Below the pieces are notes generated by a model. That model worked only from the letters and a program-made list of their open reading frames with translations, was not told where the DNA came from and ran no database searches. Below are positions 36,374 to 51,300 of a DNA stretch of 64,000 nucleotides, one piece after another. This DNA is from Laetmonice hystrix (taxonomy: Eukaryota): NCBI GenBank assembly GCA_965235115.1, contig OZ249449.1, positions 7,502,001 to 7,566,000 of the forward strand. The letters are read 5' to 3'. The stretch's first letter is position 1, and each line of letters starts with the position of its first letter. The position numbers were made by a program, and so were the translations under genes.

Positions 36374-39300
36374 ATGATGCGAATCAACGACCAGGTTATC
36401 CTCGAGGAGGATTATGATGAGAATTACGAAGCAACTGAGGATGGTAGGTTTATGAATAAAACACATACTTTCAAATTTGACAGAATAATTACCCTGTGTC
36501 ACGATACTGCTGAACATGTCACAGTTCATCTTTTAAACATGTTAATATTTTTTATCCATGGTGACAATCAACACTTCTTCAAGATTAATTGTGTTTTATT
36601 TAATGCGTACAGAAATCCAGGAATATGCTCAGGTCATTGGTATTGACCCAAACATTGAGCCTCAACTCATGTGGGTCGCACGTGAGGGAATCAACGCACC
36701 TCTCCCAGAGCATTGGAAGCCTTGGTAGGTTACACATCTATGTTATGCTGTTACTGAAACTTTGGTTGGGTTTTAAAATTAGACTTCAGACAGGCCAGGT
36801 TACAAGCAGAAAATAGCTCTATGACTATGCACTCTGACCTGTAGACCAATTATCATGAAATTTTGTACAATTACTTAGAAACTAGAAAATAGAAGAAGAA
36901 CGTTGATTTTGTATAGATCTGGTAGCTAAATTACTGCAATAAAATGTTTATCTAACCTTCCAGTCAGGACCCGAATGGTGACATCTATTATTTCAACTTC
37001 GCCTCGGGTGAGAGTATTTGGGACCATCCCTGTGATGAGTTTTACCGTAACATGGTCATGGAAGAACGGGCAAAGATGGCTGCTACCGGTAAGTGCCATG
37101 AGTTTGATCTGGATTCATTATTAGAATTGTCTAACTAGACAGTGTAGTCATAGTATGGTGATCTGAAAAATAGTGTACTTGACTTGAGAGGTTATCTGAG
37201 ACCTATGCCCATGTTTCAGGTGGGAAGAAAAAGCCAGTAAAGAAAGATGTCAAGAAAAAGGACAAGTTGGTGAAAGGTCAGACCAAGGTCGATGTCAAGG
37301 TATGTACAAAGTACTGTGTCTTTAAAGTACAATAATGGTGCTGTTATTACCAGTAGATTCAAATGGTGAGCTTATCAGTGGCCCTTTATCAGTGGCCCTA
37401 AGGTGAACTTGGGCAGTTCACCACAAATCCATGGTCAGATTGACTCATGAAAAACTCCTCTAGGTTTAAGAACACCTGTTATCCTAACTCAAGATTCTGC
37501 CTGTCCATCATTGGCCTGATACACGGCTAGATATACCGTAGGGTAGACACATCAGCTAACTGTAAATCTTAGCAAGAAGAACTATTTAAACAAGTCTAAT
37601 TGACTAAAATATTTCTGCTTGGGTAAGCACTAATAATAGTAAATGTAACTCATAAGGTTAACTTTAAGTATCTAGTAAGTGCATGTTTAAGATTATTTTT
37701 AAAATGCAATATTTGAAAGTGCCCTTGTTTTAATTAAGCTGACCATTTTCATTGTAAACTCCATTCATGGTCAAGGGCCTTATGTTATGTAAGAGTTTGG
37801 ACCATTGCATAAAACATGTTCCAGGGCCTGGGTCCCCTGAAAACGATGTCACCCTCCCCACAGGGCACCTCGAGGGTCAGCGGCGGAAGCCTTGGCCCAC
37901 CTCAGGTAGATTTGGTGGAAGTCGTTGCCTGTCCTAGGTCCCTCTTGGACTAACCATAGCCGTATAACTTTATAAAGTAAGAGTGAGAAAACTAGCCTGT
38001 CTGAGTGCTTGGCTACTAACCAGTGACCTGACTCGAGAACACGTTTACATAGGTGCCTGTGCTGCCTTCCCAAGAGTGCATTTGTACAGAGTCTCGGTCT
38101 CTCGTCAGTACATCTTTGTATTCGAGAGCTATACCCAACATTAGAAATGTAAGCATCATGAGATTGAACCTAAGTTTGGGTGAATTTGTGTTTTGATTCA
38201 GTATTTCAACAGAACTTTATATTTTATAACTTGGGCGGAGTTGGCTGCAATTCAAGGTTTATGTTTTCCCACATTGTAAGTTCAAGCATTCCGGTACATG
38301 TTTGTGTCTTTGATCAATTGTGATGTAGCATGTGTTGCTATAGAAACTGCATAAGTTTCTGCATGGCCATGGTATTAGCAGCGTCTTCGCCAGGGAAGCA
38401 TATTAAAACAATTACATGTGTACTAAAAATGCAGGCACCAGAAATAGGTGGAAACCCGTGCTTACACAGTTACAGTTGCTGGTAATGACTATTATTGGAA
38501 ACTTCCAGAAATCTGGCTCTTTGCTTGGAGTTTTTTTGACTAGTGACAAAAGCATAAAAGGATATAGTTTGAGAAAAAGTGTCACAACATCGCCCGATAC
38601 TTTGGAGAGAACACTGAATTTTAACGCTTGTGTACATATTCAGCCCAGCTTGCCATCTTACCCTGGATCGTGTTATATCATCATTATTATTTATTTGGAT
38701 GATGTGATAAGGTAAAACACAGTGGCAATGGCTGAATGGGTAGTCTGCAGTCTGATTGGGCAGTGTGCGCATTCAACATAAAAAAATCTGCCTCTTTCCC
38801 TTGTATACATTATAAAAACAGTAGCCAAACTGATGTGAGAGTTTGTGTTTGCGACAGCACCTTGGTCCTCTGAAGACTGATGGAAGCCCCAGTACGACAC
38901 TGAAAGGTTCCCTGAAGGGTTCGTCGCTTGGCCCACTGCGAGGTTCATCTGGTGAACCGGTCGTACAGACCAGTACCGGACCCAGGCTGTCCGTGGAAGG
39001 TGCCATGCGGTCATCTGCCGAGGCGTATCTCCGAGGATCAACCGATGTAAGTGTTGGGTTTTAAACCTCTTCATATCTCAGCTTCAAAAAAAAAAAATGG
39101 CTCTCGAGTCTCGAAGTTAAAATGAACACAGTTTGAGCCTGGATTTCCTGTATCATGTCAGTGCCACTAATTCTGTGCTTTCTATAAAAGATCCTGACGG
39201 GATTGCAAAGAAAATATTGGTTTGAATTGATTAGGTATAGAAAACTGTTTACAAAAGTTTTCTTTTCTACGAACGAAAGTGTTTTCATGTGAACAGAAAC

Positions 39301-42300
39301 TTTACTCGATTCTGTTGTCATGACTTCAACATCCTGCAAAACTTTTAACCCAATCATAGTATTTGGATTGATAAAGTCTTGATACAATTTGGCTGTTGCT
39401 ATGGTTACTCTAGCTTGCCGGGTCGTCAGATTTCCGTGGCGGAGTAAGTGGCACAGTTACCATGGGGATTCTACCTATTATTATTGGCATCACTCTGAGT
39501 AGTGTCAGCTGTTAGTAGTGACACTTCTGTAAATGTTGTCATAGTGACGCTTTCGTACAGATATCATCAAGTGTCCTGCCTCTGCTTTATAATTTAGCTG
39601 ACATTGTGTTTACCCTATTTTTGAACGTTTGTTGCTTTTTGTTAGAGTTTAATTTTCGGTGTTTTTCTAGTATATATATCTCATGGTCTATACATGTGCC
39701 ATCCATCTGTTATAGTTTTAAATATCACAAAGTAGAACTCTGAAAACAATCAACATGACTTCTGACTATAGATGTAAAAAAAAGAAAAAAGTCTTCTAAC
39801 TATACGTATAACAGGGATCGAAATTAAGTTTTTTCCCATGTAATTTTATATGCATATAATTGCTTTCAAAAATATATTCTACGTGTACATACTAATTGAC
39901 TACAATTGTAAAAACTTGAGAGTAGAGCCAAAGTTTTGCTAAGATGACCCAGATTTAGAATCATGAAAATCATAAAGACCTAAGGCATAATTATGGTCTT
40001 CCAGTCATACATGATGGGCACCCATAGTTCTCTGAAGTCAGGAACACTTGACCTTGACCTCTCAACCACAGGGGTCAGTGCCATGGTAACCGGTCAGGAA
40101 GAGAATGTCCAGATCATGCCAGACTTATCGGACAGTGAGGTAAGCAGATAACATTCATTGACCTGAAAGTACACAGGCATAATAATCATCAATCTTTTCA
40201 GGCCTCGAAATATGGAAGAAACAATAATTGACCACAAAATACAAGCTTGTTAATATTTTTCCTGGGGATTAAATGGTAACAGAATCCTTAAGTCCAGCTG
40301 ACTTTTGTGTTTTCCACACAGTCCGAACCCGGAGACTTACGTAAAAAGTTTAACCTGATGGATGCTCATGATGTTGGAGAGCTGGGCTATGAGGTAGGTG
40401 GCGTCACCTGGTGGCGGTCACATGAAGTAGCATGATTTGAAAAGCATTGATATCAATATTCTGAATGCTTTAGCAAAATGGACTGGGAATGAAAGCCATG
40501 TAACTTAAATCTCTTTGGTAGGAATCTGACCCGAGTGATAAAGAGAAAAAGGAAAAGACGCCGTCAGACAGTGGGGAAAGTGGCGACTACCACCAAGATG
40601 TGGTGAGTACTAATATTTTACATCTAATATTTATTCTTGAAAAGTCTTTTTCCGATGCTCGATCTACATATGATGATGACATGCTTACTCTGATGAGGTG
40701 TAGACCGTCTATGATTACAACACCAGGAACTTGATTTGTGTGACCATCTTTGATGCCACAGTGTTTCAAGTTTGCTGAATTGTCATTATTTTTGCTATGT
40801 TTCAGGACTTTGGCATTGATAAGAACCTATCGGAGAAGTTGATGGACATTGACATGTTGACGCCTGTCGCCTCTGGGGTATGCATATAAGACTTAATTTT
40901 AGAATGGGGATAAAGAAAACAAAAATGTGAAAAGAAAAAGTCTCCTAAGCTGTGTTTTTGTGTGTGTGTAAAGGAGTCATTCATGCCATTTTATAAATGT
41001 ATTGTACTGTATTATTTGTAAATTGCGTTTATTCAGCTTAGTGCACTATGCAAAGTTCCTTCGTTCTGCACTACCACCTTTGATATATTCTCATCTATCA
41101 GTTTATCTCATTAGATTTACTTGTCTCTGTCAAAGTGCCGCTGTGTGTTGCTTACACTGTGCTTCACCTTGATTGCCGCTATTCTACCTTACCCCCTATG
41201 TAGGAGTTCGACCTTGCTGGTAGCCATTCCCTCAAGTCTACTGCCTCCCTCCAGGGTACAGAGCGTGCAGACCCCACGGGTCGCAGCACCTCGGTGACGG
41301 ACCCCAAGAAAGATCTTACAAGAGGTCAGAAGGTCAATGATCAGGCCAATGGGGATGAGGACCGCCGGAGGAGGGCTGCCATGGCCGCCCATGCTGCGGA
41401 GAGGTCAGCATTGTTCCCATGGTAACTGGGGTTCAGGGGAAAAGTGTAAATCTTTTTTTTATGGAACTCTGTTGTATTGGAAAGGTTTTATTTTGTTCAA
41501 CTGAAGAATCCTAAGAGCAGTAGAAAAAAGGAAAAAGAGAATCGTCATTTCCAAATAGCAATAAATAATTACAAAAATGTACATTTGCATTCTATGCAGG
41601 CGAGCCACTCAGCAGCATCAAAGTGCCATGGCAGCGACCAATGGAGGAGGTTTGCGGACAGCTGAGGACGTGGAGCGGTCCATTGAGAACCTCCGTCAGA
41701 AGATGGAGGCTGAGCTGGAGGACCGTAAGCTGGGGTTACTGGAGGAGAAGGAAGAGCGGCTCAGCCAGCTGCGGGAAGAGATTAGTCAGCAGGTGGAGGA
41801 TGAGGAGCACAGACTTCAGATGGAGAAGGAGGCATCCCTCAAGTGAGTGAATTCTACCATGGTCTGGTGGTGATATAGACACGCACGGGTGTGGGTGTGG
41901 GTGGGGCAATAAACAGCTCAGTGTGTGTATGTATCAAATACACAACTTTTTATATTGAATATCAAAAAAATTGATATTAAATGCAGAAGATTTTGTATTA
42001 AGTAAAGAAATTTTTTTTATTTAATACAAAAATTATTTTGTATTAAACACATATTTTGTATTAAATACAAGTTTCTGTATTTAGTACAAAAATTATTTTG
42101 TATTAAATACATATTTTGTATTAACTACAAGTTTCTGTATTTAGTACAAAACTTTTTGTATGGTACATGTATATAAAAACGTGAGAATCTTTTTATTTAA
42201 TACAAAAATTATTTTGTATTAAATACATATTTTGTATTTAAAAATACAAGTTTCTGTATTTAGTACAAAAATTATTTTGTATTAAATACATATTTTGTAT

Positions 42301-45300
42301 TAACTACAAGTTTCTGTATTTAGTACAAAACTTTTTGTATGGTACATGTATATAAAAACGTGAGAATCTTTTTATTTAATACAAAAATTATTTTGTATTA
42401 AATACATATTTTGTATTAAATACAAGTTTCTGTATTTAGTACAAAAATTATTTTGTATTAAATATATATTTTGTATTAACTACAAGTTTCTGTATTTAGT
42501 ACAAAACTTTTTGTATGGTATATAAAAACGTGTATTGAATACAACAACTTTCTAGGCTATTTAATACAGTTTGCAAGGCTTGTTTTACAAGGCTTTATAT
42601 AAAGTTGACTAACAGTTATTGTTTGATTCAATGGAGGACAGAGGTCAGAATGGGCTGAACGTCAGACTCAGAGCGACATGACTGAAAAGGTCAAGCCATT
42701 CATTTATTGTGTGACCTTCAAGAGAAGATGTTTAACTGCATGTAAATTTAGCAATTCTGGCAGAGGAGGAGTGGTAAAATTTGACAGTACTATATTTCAA
42801 TACAGACTACAGTTATTCAGTGCAGTAACAATAATTAGATTATCGTTGATTGAATGAACTTAAGTATTAAGACTATTAGGATTGCTTGTATGGGACTGTT
42901 ATTTCAAGTCAAGTGTCGAGAATGATATGTACTCCCATAGAGTACATCAAATCAATATTTAACCTACAATTGGATTTCTGCTTCCATGTTCCCACAGGAG
43001 GTGAAGTTAGAACTGCATTAAAGGGCGACAACATGAATGAAAGTTTTTGTATTAAATACAAAAAATGTTTGTATTAAATATAATTTTTAAAGTTTTTGTT
43101 AAATACAGAAACTTTTATATTAAATACAAAAAAATGTATTAAATACAAAAAGTTTTTACTTAGATGTGAGTTTAAGGGTCAGAAGTCACCTTTGGCTTCC
43201 TCTGTGTGACAGGAAACTGCGGCTGAAGGTTCGGGAGGAGACAGAAGAGGAGGAAAAGATGTTAGCATCGGGGAAATCAGATGCTCTTCGGGAACTTAGT
43301 GAGAAGGTGAAGGCTGAGACGGAGCAGGAGGAGGCCAGGCTTAGGTCAGAACACCCTCTAGTGGTGATTTACTCAGTTCTTTACGATTCAGTAGTCGATT
43401 AAGTGAGACCAACATGCCTGTAGCTTATGGATATTTTTGTCAAAGGTAAGGTTTTGTATTAAATATAAAAAGTTTTTGTATTAAATATAGAAAAATGTTT
43501 GCATATTTATATACAAAAGTTTTTATATTAAATATAGAAACTTTTGTAGGAAATACAACACATTTTTGTCTTAGGTAAGTTTTTGTATTAAATATAAAAA
43601 GTTTTTGTATTAAATGTAAAAAATGTCTAAGGTAAGTTACTGAATGGGTTTCCTGAAGTTGCTGACTAGAATGAAACCATCTTTCAGGGGCGAGATGAAA
43701 ACTCACCTCCAGGAAGTCAGAGAGGAGGTTGCTGCTCTACAAAACGAGGAGCAAACACGACTCAACGAAAAGAAGCAAACCATACTGACCAACATACAAT
43801 CTCAGGTCGGTCAAACTGACTCACTTACCAACAAATCGAGACAGACTAACCCACTTAATAATAAACTGGGTCACCGTGACACCATTACTATAGATCTACT
43901 TTACATTAACAAATTTGTGGAGGCTGACCTTGTCTTTTATTCAAGGTGGAGGAAGTTGAGCGAGCTGAACGTGAGCGATTGAAAGAGGAGAATGAGCGCC
44001 ACCTGGAGGCAGAGAGGGAGAAGCTGGAGTCGGAGCTTCAGGAACAGATGGAGGAGATGGAGAAGAAACATGCGTACCGCCGGGAGCAACGTCGTCAGGA
44101 ACTCGCTGAGGAGCATGAGTTGGTGAGCATCATTTCCTACTCCAATTCAGCCATTTCCGTCTTGATTATTGGGTAATTGACAAACTAAGTTAGAAGCCCA
44201 AAAACAGTTTCAATGCTTTATTTGTAATAGAATGAGCTGATCAATTGAATTGGGAATTTGTAATCGGCAATGATTTTTTTCTATCAGGACCTAGAGCGAA
44301 TGGTTCGTGAGCTGAAGCAGCTGCAAGCTGAAGAGCGTGAGAAAAAAGAAGTAGAATTGAATGCTACAAGAGAGAGACAGAAGGCTGTAATTGACCTTGA
44401 GCGAGGGGTGAGTTGCGACATTAACCTGATGTTTTTTTCACGTAGATCTTCCCTGCGTCCTGACACTGGATTGAGTGGATTTGTTTCACAGTCATTGAAA
44501 ATTGTATAGAGGTCAGAGTCTGAACTTTGCCCTTTGACCTGCAGCTGGAGGAAGTCACCAAGGAAAGGAAGGACGAGCTCAGAACCAAACAGCAGCGTGA
44601 GCTCGAGAAGATGAGAGAGGAACATGGACGCAAAATACGCGACCTTCAGGACGAGTTCAAGGACAAGGTACAGTTCGTGGATATCAAAAACTGTTCAAAG
44701 CTTTTCTCCCGCATATGTTACCATGTTACCACCTATCCTGACTGTAATATATCAACATCTTGATTAACAAAGAAATGTTTTGTATGCCATGACCATCATA
44801 TATCATAATTTGTAACGTTACAGGAGCAGTCTGAGAGACGGCGACTCGAAAGTCAACTAGAGACAGCTCTTAGGAAACTGAAAGCTGACCAGGAGGAACA
44901 GCTCAGCGACCAACGCAATCTACTGGAGGAAAAGAAGCAAAGACTACAGGAGGAATATCGTGTGAAGGTTTGTTCGACTTGATCATATTAAAGTCCAACA
45001 GACATCAAAATTTACATGAAATTTAGTGCCAGATCCTGATGATACATGTAATTTGTTGTTGTTTAACTTAAAGGAGCGGTTATTGTACAAGAATATGAAC
45101 TGTGTGTAAGCCGTTTTAAAGACCAATTCCCCTAGTGACGTCATCAGGGGCAATGGTAAAGAATAGGCAGGAGTGAGACTGTGATGAGGCGAGAGATTCG
45201 AATTTTCAATATTTTTCTAAATTGAGAGGACTTCTCAGAAAACCTATCAGGGATACGGCTACAACTCAAAGTGATCTATCTAGATCAGTAAAGTTACCTA

Positions 45301-48300
45301 TGTGATGTCAGTTGCACTTTAAGTAACCATTATGAATTGCTTGTTGCTCACAAGATTTACACATGTACCTTAATTCAGTCTGAAAACCCATATTGGGGCA
45401 TTCCTTGTCAAGTCGCCCCAAAAAAGGAAAATCTAAACCCCCCTTCAATTTTGCTGAAACTTGGTATATATGGTTATTGTGACTGAAAAGGCTGGAATTT
45501 CAAGATTTAGCTTGATAGGACTAACGGTTTCAAAGATATGGCATATTCAGTCTGGGATTCAATTCAATTTACAATCCACATATGATTTTGTCTATTTAAG
45601 GAGGACCGAATGGCACAGTTAGAAATGGAGGTCAGACATCGCACCGATGAACTTCAGAATACCCGCAGTGATCTTCAGAAACAAGTGAGCTACACTGGCA
45701 TTTAGTTATGGTCGCGTTGCAAAAAATATAATAAGGGGGAAAAAATCTGGAAAAAAGTAAATTCCTGAAAGCAAAAAAAAAATTCTTGATGTCAATGATG
45801 TACTCACTGTTTGTTATAGGAGAATGAGCACAAAGAAAGACGTCGGAAATTCAATGATGACCGTGACAATCTGGAGCACGAAATGGATGTAAGTACACCA
45901 AAATCACCCTTACTGCCATTAAGTTCTTGTCTTAAAGCATTAGGGCAGGGCTGTCAATCGGAATGACGGATCTAATATTGGTTAATTAATTTAAATTTGG
46001 TGTTCTCTGGGATGTTCTCACCAGGCCGAATTTGCCAGCAAAGCAGAAGGCCTGAATAATGTGGAATTGGAAAGGTTGAAGGAAGAAAGAAACCGCTTGA
46101 AGAATGAAATAAGAGAAGAGCGTCAGCTGTTAGAAAAACTTCGCAGTGAGAGAAAAGCACTGGAGTCTGATATGAAGAAATTAAAACACCAGCAAGATCA
46201 GGACCAAAGAAAGTCGAGGTAAGAAGACCAAATGTTCTTTATCACCTCCCTTTTTATGTTTACTTCGTGTTTCACTTTGAAAAACCTGGAATTTAACCTT
46301 GACATAATTGCCTTCGACCTTGACCCCTTTTAGTGACCTACATGAGAGGCTAGAGAAGGCAAGACGAGACCTGGACTGTATGCGAGCAGGTAAAAAGCAG
46401 GACACCCACAGTGATGACCGAACATTAACAGAGGACACCGGCCAATCACCGGCCAACCGGGACATTCAGCTGGAAGATTTACAAAGTCAAGTCAAGGTCG
46501 CCAAGAGTTCTAGCATGAACGACCTCAGTGGGTCTGGAGGTTAGTAGTCTTGATTTTCTGTTTGATTTATCAGGAGTCAGGTCAAAAATAGGGCAGATCA
46601 GGGCCAAGTTTTTAAAAAATTCTCAACTTGAGTAAAGCTTACAAGTACTTTAAGTAAACTAACAGGCTTCTTATTCGCTGGTTTAAGCAGACCAGCCAAT
46701 CAGAATCCTGTTAGTTTACTTAAGAAAGCTTTACTCTAGTTGAGAATTTTTGAAAAACTGGGTTTCAGCTGTGCTTAACTTGGATCAAGGTCATACCTCT
46801 GTGCTGTAACTCCTAAAAATAATACAATGTACTCAAAGCCTATCATTTAGCTTAAGCTTTAAAAGCAGGAACATAAATTTCGGAAAACAGCACCCCGCAC
46901 AGAATTGTTGACAGTTGTGATATCTGGGGCTTTATTTATGTGGACAGAGTCTGAGACGGAGGGCACTGGGCGGCGGAGAAGGCGTAAATCTGAGGGAGAG
47001 AAAGTATTGCGACGGCTCAGACACAGGGTAAGGATTGAAAACATCTGGTCCAAGTTTTTCAAAAATTCTCAACTTGTGTAAAGCTTACTTAAGTAAACTA
47101 ACAGGCTTCTGATTGGCTGGCCTAAACAGACCAGCCAATCAGAAACCTGTTAGTTTACTTTAAGTAAACTTTACTCAAGTTGAGAATTTTTGAAAAACCC
47201 TGGTGACATGACTGAGTGATTGTTGTACAAATTACTTCGAGATGTTTACAATAAAGATGGTAGAAATGCTCAGTGATACTTTTGATTTCAAGGTGAAGCG
47301 CAATCTTTGGACTGATGTCTCCCTGAGTGACGAGTCATTGTCCGAGGAGGTACTCCGTATCAAACACCGGTTGGGCTCCAGAAATGGGTGAGAACACAGC
47401 GACGTGGCCGCTGGAATATTTCTTGGCTTATGTATATATTATCCTGTCCATTTTTCAGGTAAAGTTGTGTTTGATTTTAAGTCCCAGCCAATGAACATCT
47501 GTTACAATTGTGTTTGATTTTAAGTTCCAGCCAATGAACATCTATGTTACAATTGTGTTTGATTTTAAGTCCCAGCCAATGTCTGTATTACAATTGTGTT
47601 TGATTTTAAGTCCCAGCAAATGAACATCTATATTACAATTGTGTTTGATTTTAAGTCCCAGCAAATGAACATCTATATTACAATTGTGTTTAATGAACAT
47701 CTTTTTACCATCTTATAAATGAGGAATAATTTATTATGTTACATGTTACTGTTATAGGATTCAAGAGCACTTAACCATGGAGACTGACTCCATTGGCTTG
47801 GCAAAGGACTTTCTCCGTAAACAGAAACAGTCGCTCCGTCAACGTCAAGCCTTACTCCAGGCTGCCCGCCAAGAATGGAGTCACGACATGCTGCGACAAC
47901 AACTCGGGGTAAGCTAACTGTTTTAGCAAGAATTTGATTATTTTAAGTTTTTTTTGTTGCCCAAATGGTTCCAAGGTAGCAGTCATCTGTTTAAGGAGCA
48001 TAATGAAGATAGAGAGAATTAAAACCAAAAAAAAATCCTCTATTTTTGTGTACATTCAGAGTGTGGATGGAGAGAGTGCGTCGTTACTGGAGGATGTCCG
48101 ACAGAGTTTGGAGCAGGAGGCTATTGATATTGATAAGATGAAAGTCAATATGAGTGCAGGCTCGCGGCTCCTGAAGGAGAAGGAACATAAGTTACGGGAG
48201 CTTCAACATCTGATCACAGATGCCGTAAGTGTTCCTTGGGGGTAATCCCTGATTCTTAAATTCAAACAAAATTGGGCATAGTGGTGAGAGGTCAGGACTA

Positions 48301-51300
48301 GAGGTTGAGATGGGAATATGTTTATTTGGAGGTCTGGGAACCGAGGTTAAGGGTTAGGGTAAAGTTTGCAGCTTGGAATATTGTTTTTTAGTTTTTATTG
48401 CAAAATATGAAGTTGATACTCTAGGAGATCTACCGGCCCTAGAGCCACGTGGGAATAAATGCAAGGATGGGTAAATCCACTATCAAAATTTGTTTACGAA
48501 AAAACATCCTTTCATTTAGTTTTCCTGTTTCCACCATTGCTGTCTCATCCCTGCAACTATCAAACTCTTTATTTCAGTCAGGGGATGAGGACACTGATAC
48601 AGATTTTAAGGTTTTTGACAACCATAAACCGAGACAAGCACTAAACCTGGCCAGCCTGGCATTGAGTGACTCTGATGAAAGTAGCGGAATCAGCAGCATT
48701 GATTTCAATCTGGATGATGTCACTACACCATCATGTAAGGACGTCTCGGATTGGTTAGATCTTAGCGAGCTCAGAAGAGAGATTCTGACCGCTACCTGAT
48801 GCGAATCTCACAAAAACAGATCCTTTTTTTCCCCTTGCACTTTCACTTCAGCGTGGAAAAATTATCGTATGCATTTTGAGTTGCTGAAAAGTACCAATAT
48901 GTGAAAACGTATCATAGAATAGATGACTTTATGTTTTGATCAAGAAGATTAGATATCAGATTGCTAATATATCCAAGAGACAGTTCATTTTTATTCACCC
49001 CCTTCCAAAGGATTAGCAAGTGTCCCCCCCCCCACCAAATATTTTAAGGTGACCAGCATCATTTTGTTGTTTTGTTCACTCTTCATGTAGCCAACCTGAA
49101 GAAGATTCGAACGACACATTCCAACACCCCAATACCAGATGTTGCTGCTGTCGCACGCATGGAACAATCCCTCCAGAAAATAAATGAGGAACTGGGTCGG
49201 GCCCTGAGCATGCTGGGAAGTGCACCGTCTGTGCCACCGTATGCACCATCCAATCAGCCACTGCCAATGCAAAACACAGGTATTGTAGTTTATGGGGCAG
49301 TAAGGTCAATTTTTTAATCATTTATCTTCAGTGTGTCTTCGATTTTTATTTAGTTATGGTCATTTGTTGCACCTAAAAAGGAAAAAGTTTAAACTGGTTG
49401 TTAGTTTACACAGTTTGTCGCTAGAAATCGAATTTGTATGATTTCAGCTCCCATCTCAACCTTAAGCTCGATGCCAAGTCACCAACAAATGCCTGAAACC
49501 ATTTCTAGCATGCCCTACGGCATCGGACAGACGACAAATCAGTACATGTGAGTAGCCTCTAATGTGAAAACAATTTATCTGTTTGTATAAGAGAGAAATC
49601 AATCAAGTGCAGACTGACAAGAACAAGCATCTGATTGGCTGGCCTAAGCAGACCAGCCAACCAGAAGCCCGATAGTTTACTTAAGTAAGCTTTACTCAAG
49701 TTGAGAATTTTCGAAAAACATCAATATTTCTCAAAGTGGGAGACACACAGCATCAGTTGGTCAAAGTAAATGAAATTTTAATCTAATTTTTTAAAAATAA
49801 ATATTTCCACAGTTCGCAACCACAGCATACAGCTGGGTTTTCGGCTTATGAAACAGCAGAGAGGGCACTTGAACGAAAATGGAAGAAATATTTCGGAGGT
49901 AAGTGTTGAGGGTCGAGCAGGCTGACTGAAGAGTTTTCCATGGTGTTTCTCAAGTGACCGTCTTATAACATGGGTACCAGAGTGATCAGTAACTGCCGTA
50001 TATCATGTTACCTTTTGTGAAACACATTTGCCATGCAACATGCAACCACCCCACTTCCTGACTCGAAGCTCCAACTCATAAATTTAAGTTTCTCACTCCC
50101 TGTCTCCTGACTTAGTAAGGGAAAGGAAGGGGAATGATTTTTTTTTTTTTTTGCTGATCTGTTGATTTTTTGCCTCCGGGTCTGTCGTGGAAATATAAAT
50201 ATTAAAATGTTCCAGAACGGCGTGCTCCAATTTCCATTGGTATGTTTGGAGGATCAGTGGCCTACTCCCCCATAACAGCAAGGTAATAACCTCAGTGTGA
50301 AATCATTTAATTACTGGGTGTTTTATGCAGTCAATTCACTTCATTTAAGTTGCAGACAGATTTGAAATAATTATCAGTTTATTTTGGTAAATACGATCCA
50401 AGGTATTCTTAGCAAGGTTCCATGGTATGAAAATCTACATGAGATATTTTTGATTACATGAAGTTCTGTCCATTTTTCAGGTAAAGTTGTGTTTGATTTT
50501 AAGTCCCAGCCAATGAACATCTGTTAAAATTGTGTTTGATTTTAGGTCCCAGCCAATGAACATCTATGTTACAATTGTGTTTGATTTTAAGTCCCAGTCA
50601 ATGAACATCTATGTTACAATTGTGTTTGATTTTAAGTCCCAGCCTATGAAAATCTGTTACATTTGTGTTTGATTTTAATTCCCACCCAATTAAATGAGCA
50701 TCTAGGTCATAATCGTGTTTGATTTCAAGTGCCGTCCAAGGAGAAGTTGAGTAACACATGTGTACAGGTTCCGTGATATGAAAAAAAAACTTCCCAGTGG
50801 AGGAACTCTTCAATCCTTTATATGTTGATGTTGATGTTACAGGGAACAGTTTCGGAGCAGCAGACCTTCCTACCCAGAGGTCTCAGGAAGCAATGGTCTC
50901 ATCTCCATGACAACAGAAAAATTGCTGGCAGAACACAAGGAATGGCTTCGGAAGTTTCAGCGAGATGTTGGTTTGGTTAGTTCGCATACCAAACCTAGCA
51001 TAGTCCAAGAAACAACACCAGGCCTCGACCTGGCTGCATTGTATCCTTATTGTAAAACATGGCACTAAATCAGCAGTTAATGTCCAAATATCGGATGTGG
51101 AACATCAACCATGAAAGAAAGTGGTTATGTTCAAAACAAGTCGCATTTTAACAAGAAATAGGTTATTACACAGTAATTCAACACCTTAATTTAAAAATTC
51201 AACCAATGTTTTTGTAAGAATCAATGTTTTTCTAAGACATTGAGTGAATTCGAATGGTTAAGAATGCTAGCTTCTATGACAATAAGCAGTTCAGTAGTTA

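Noticed and set aside
42640-42690. Purine-rich island in CEP164 intron 12 as a cassette exon
   Set aside because: Candidate boundaries give either a stop or an end phase incompatible with exon 13.
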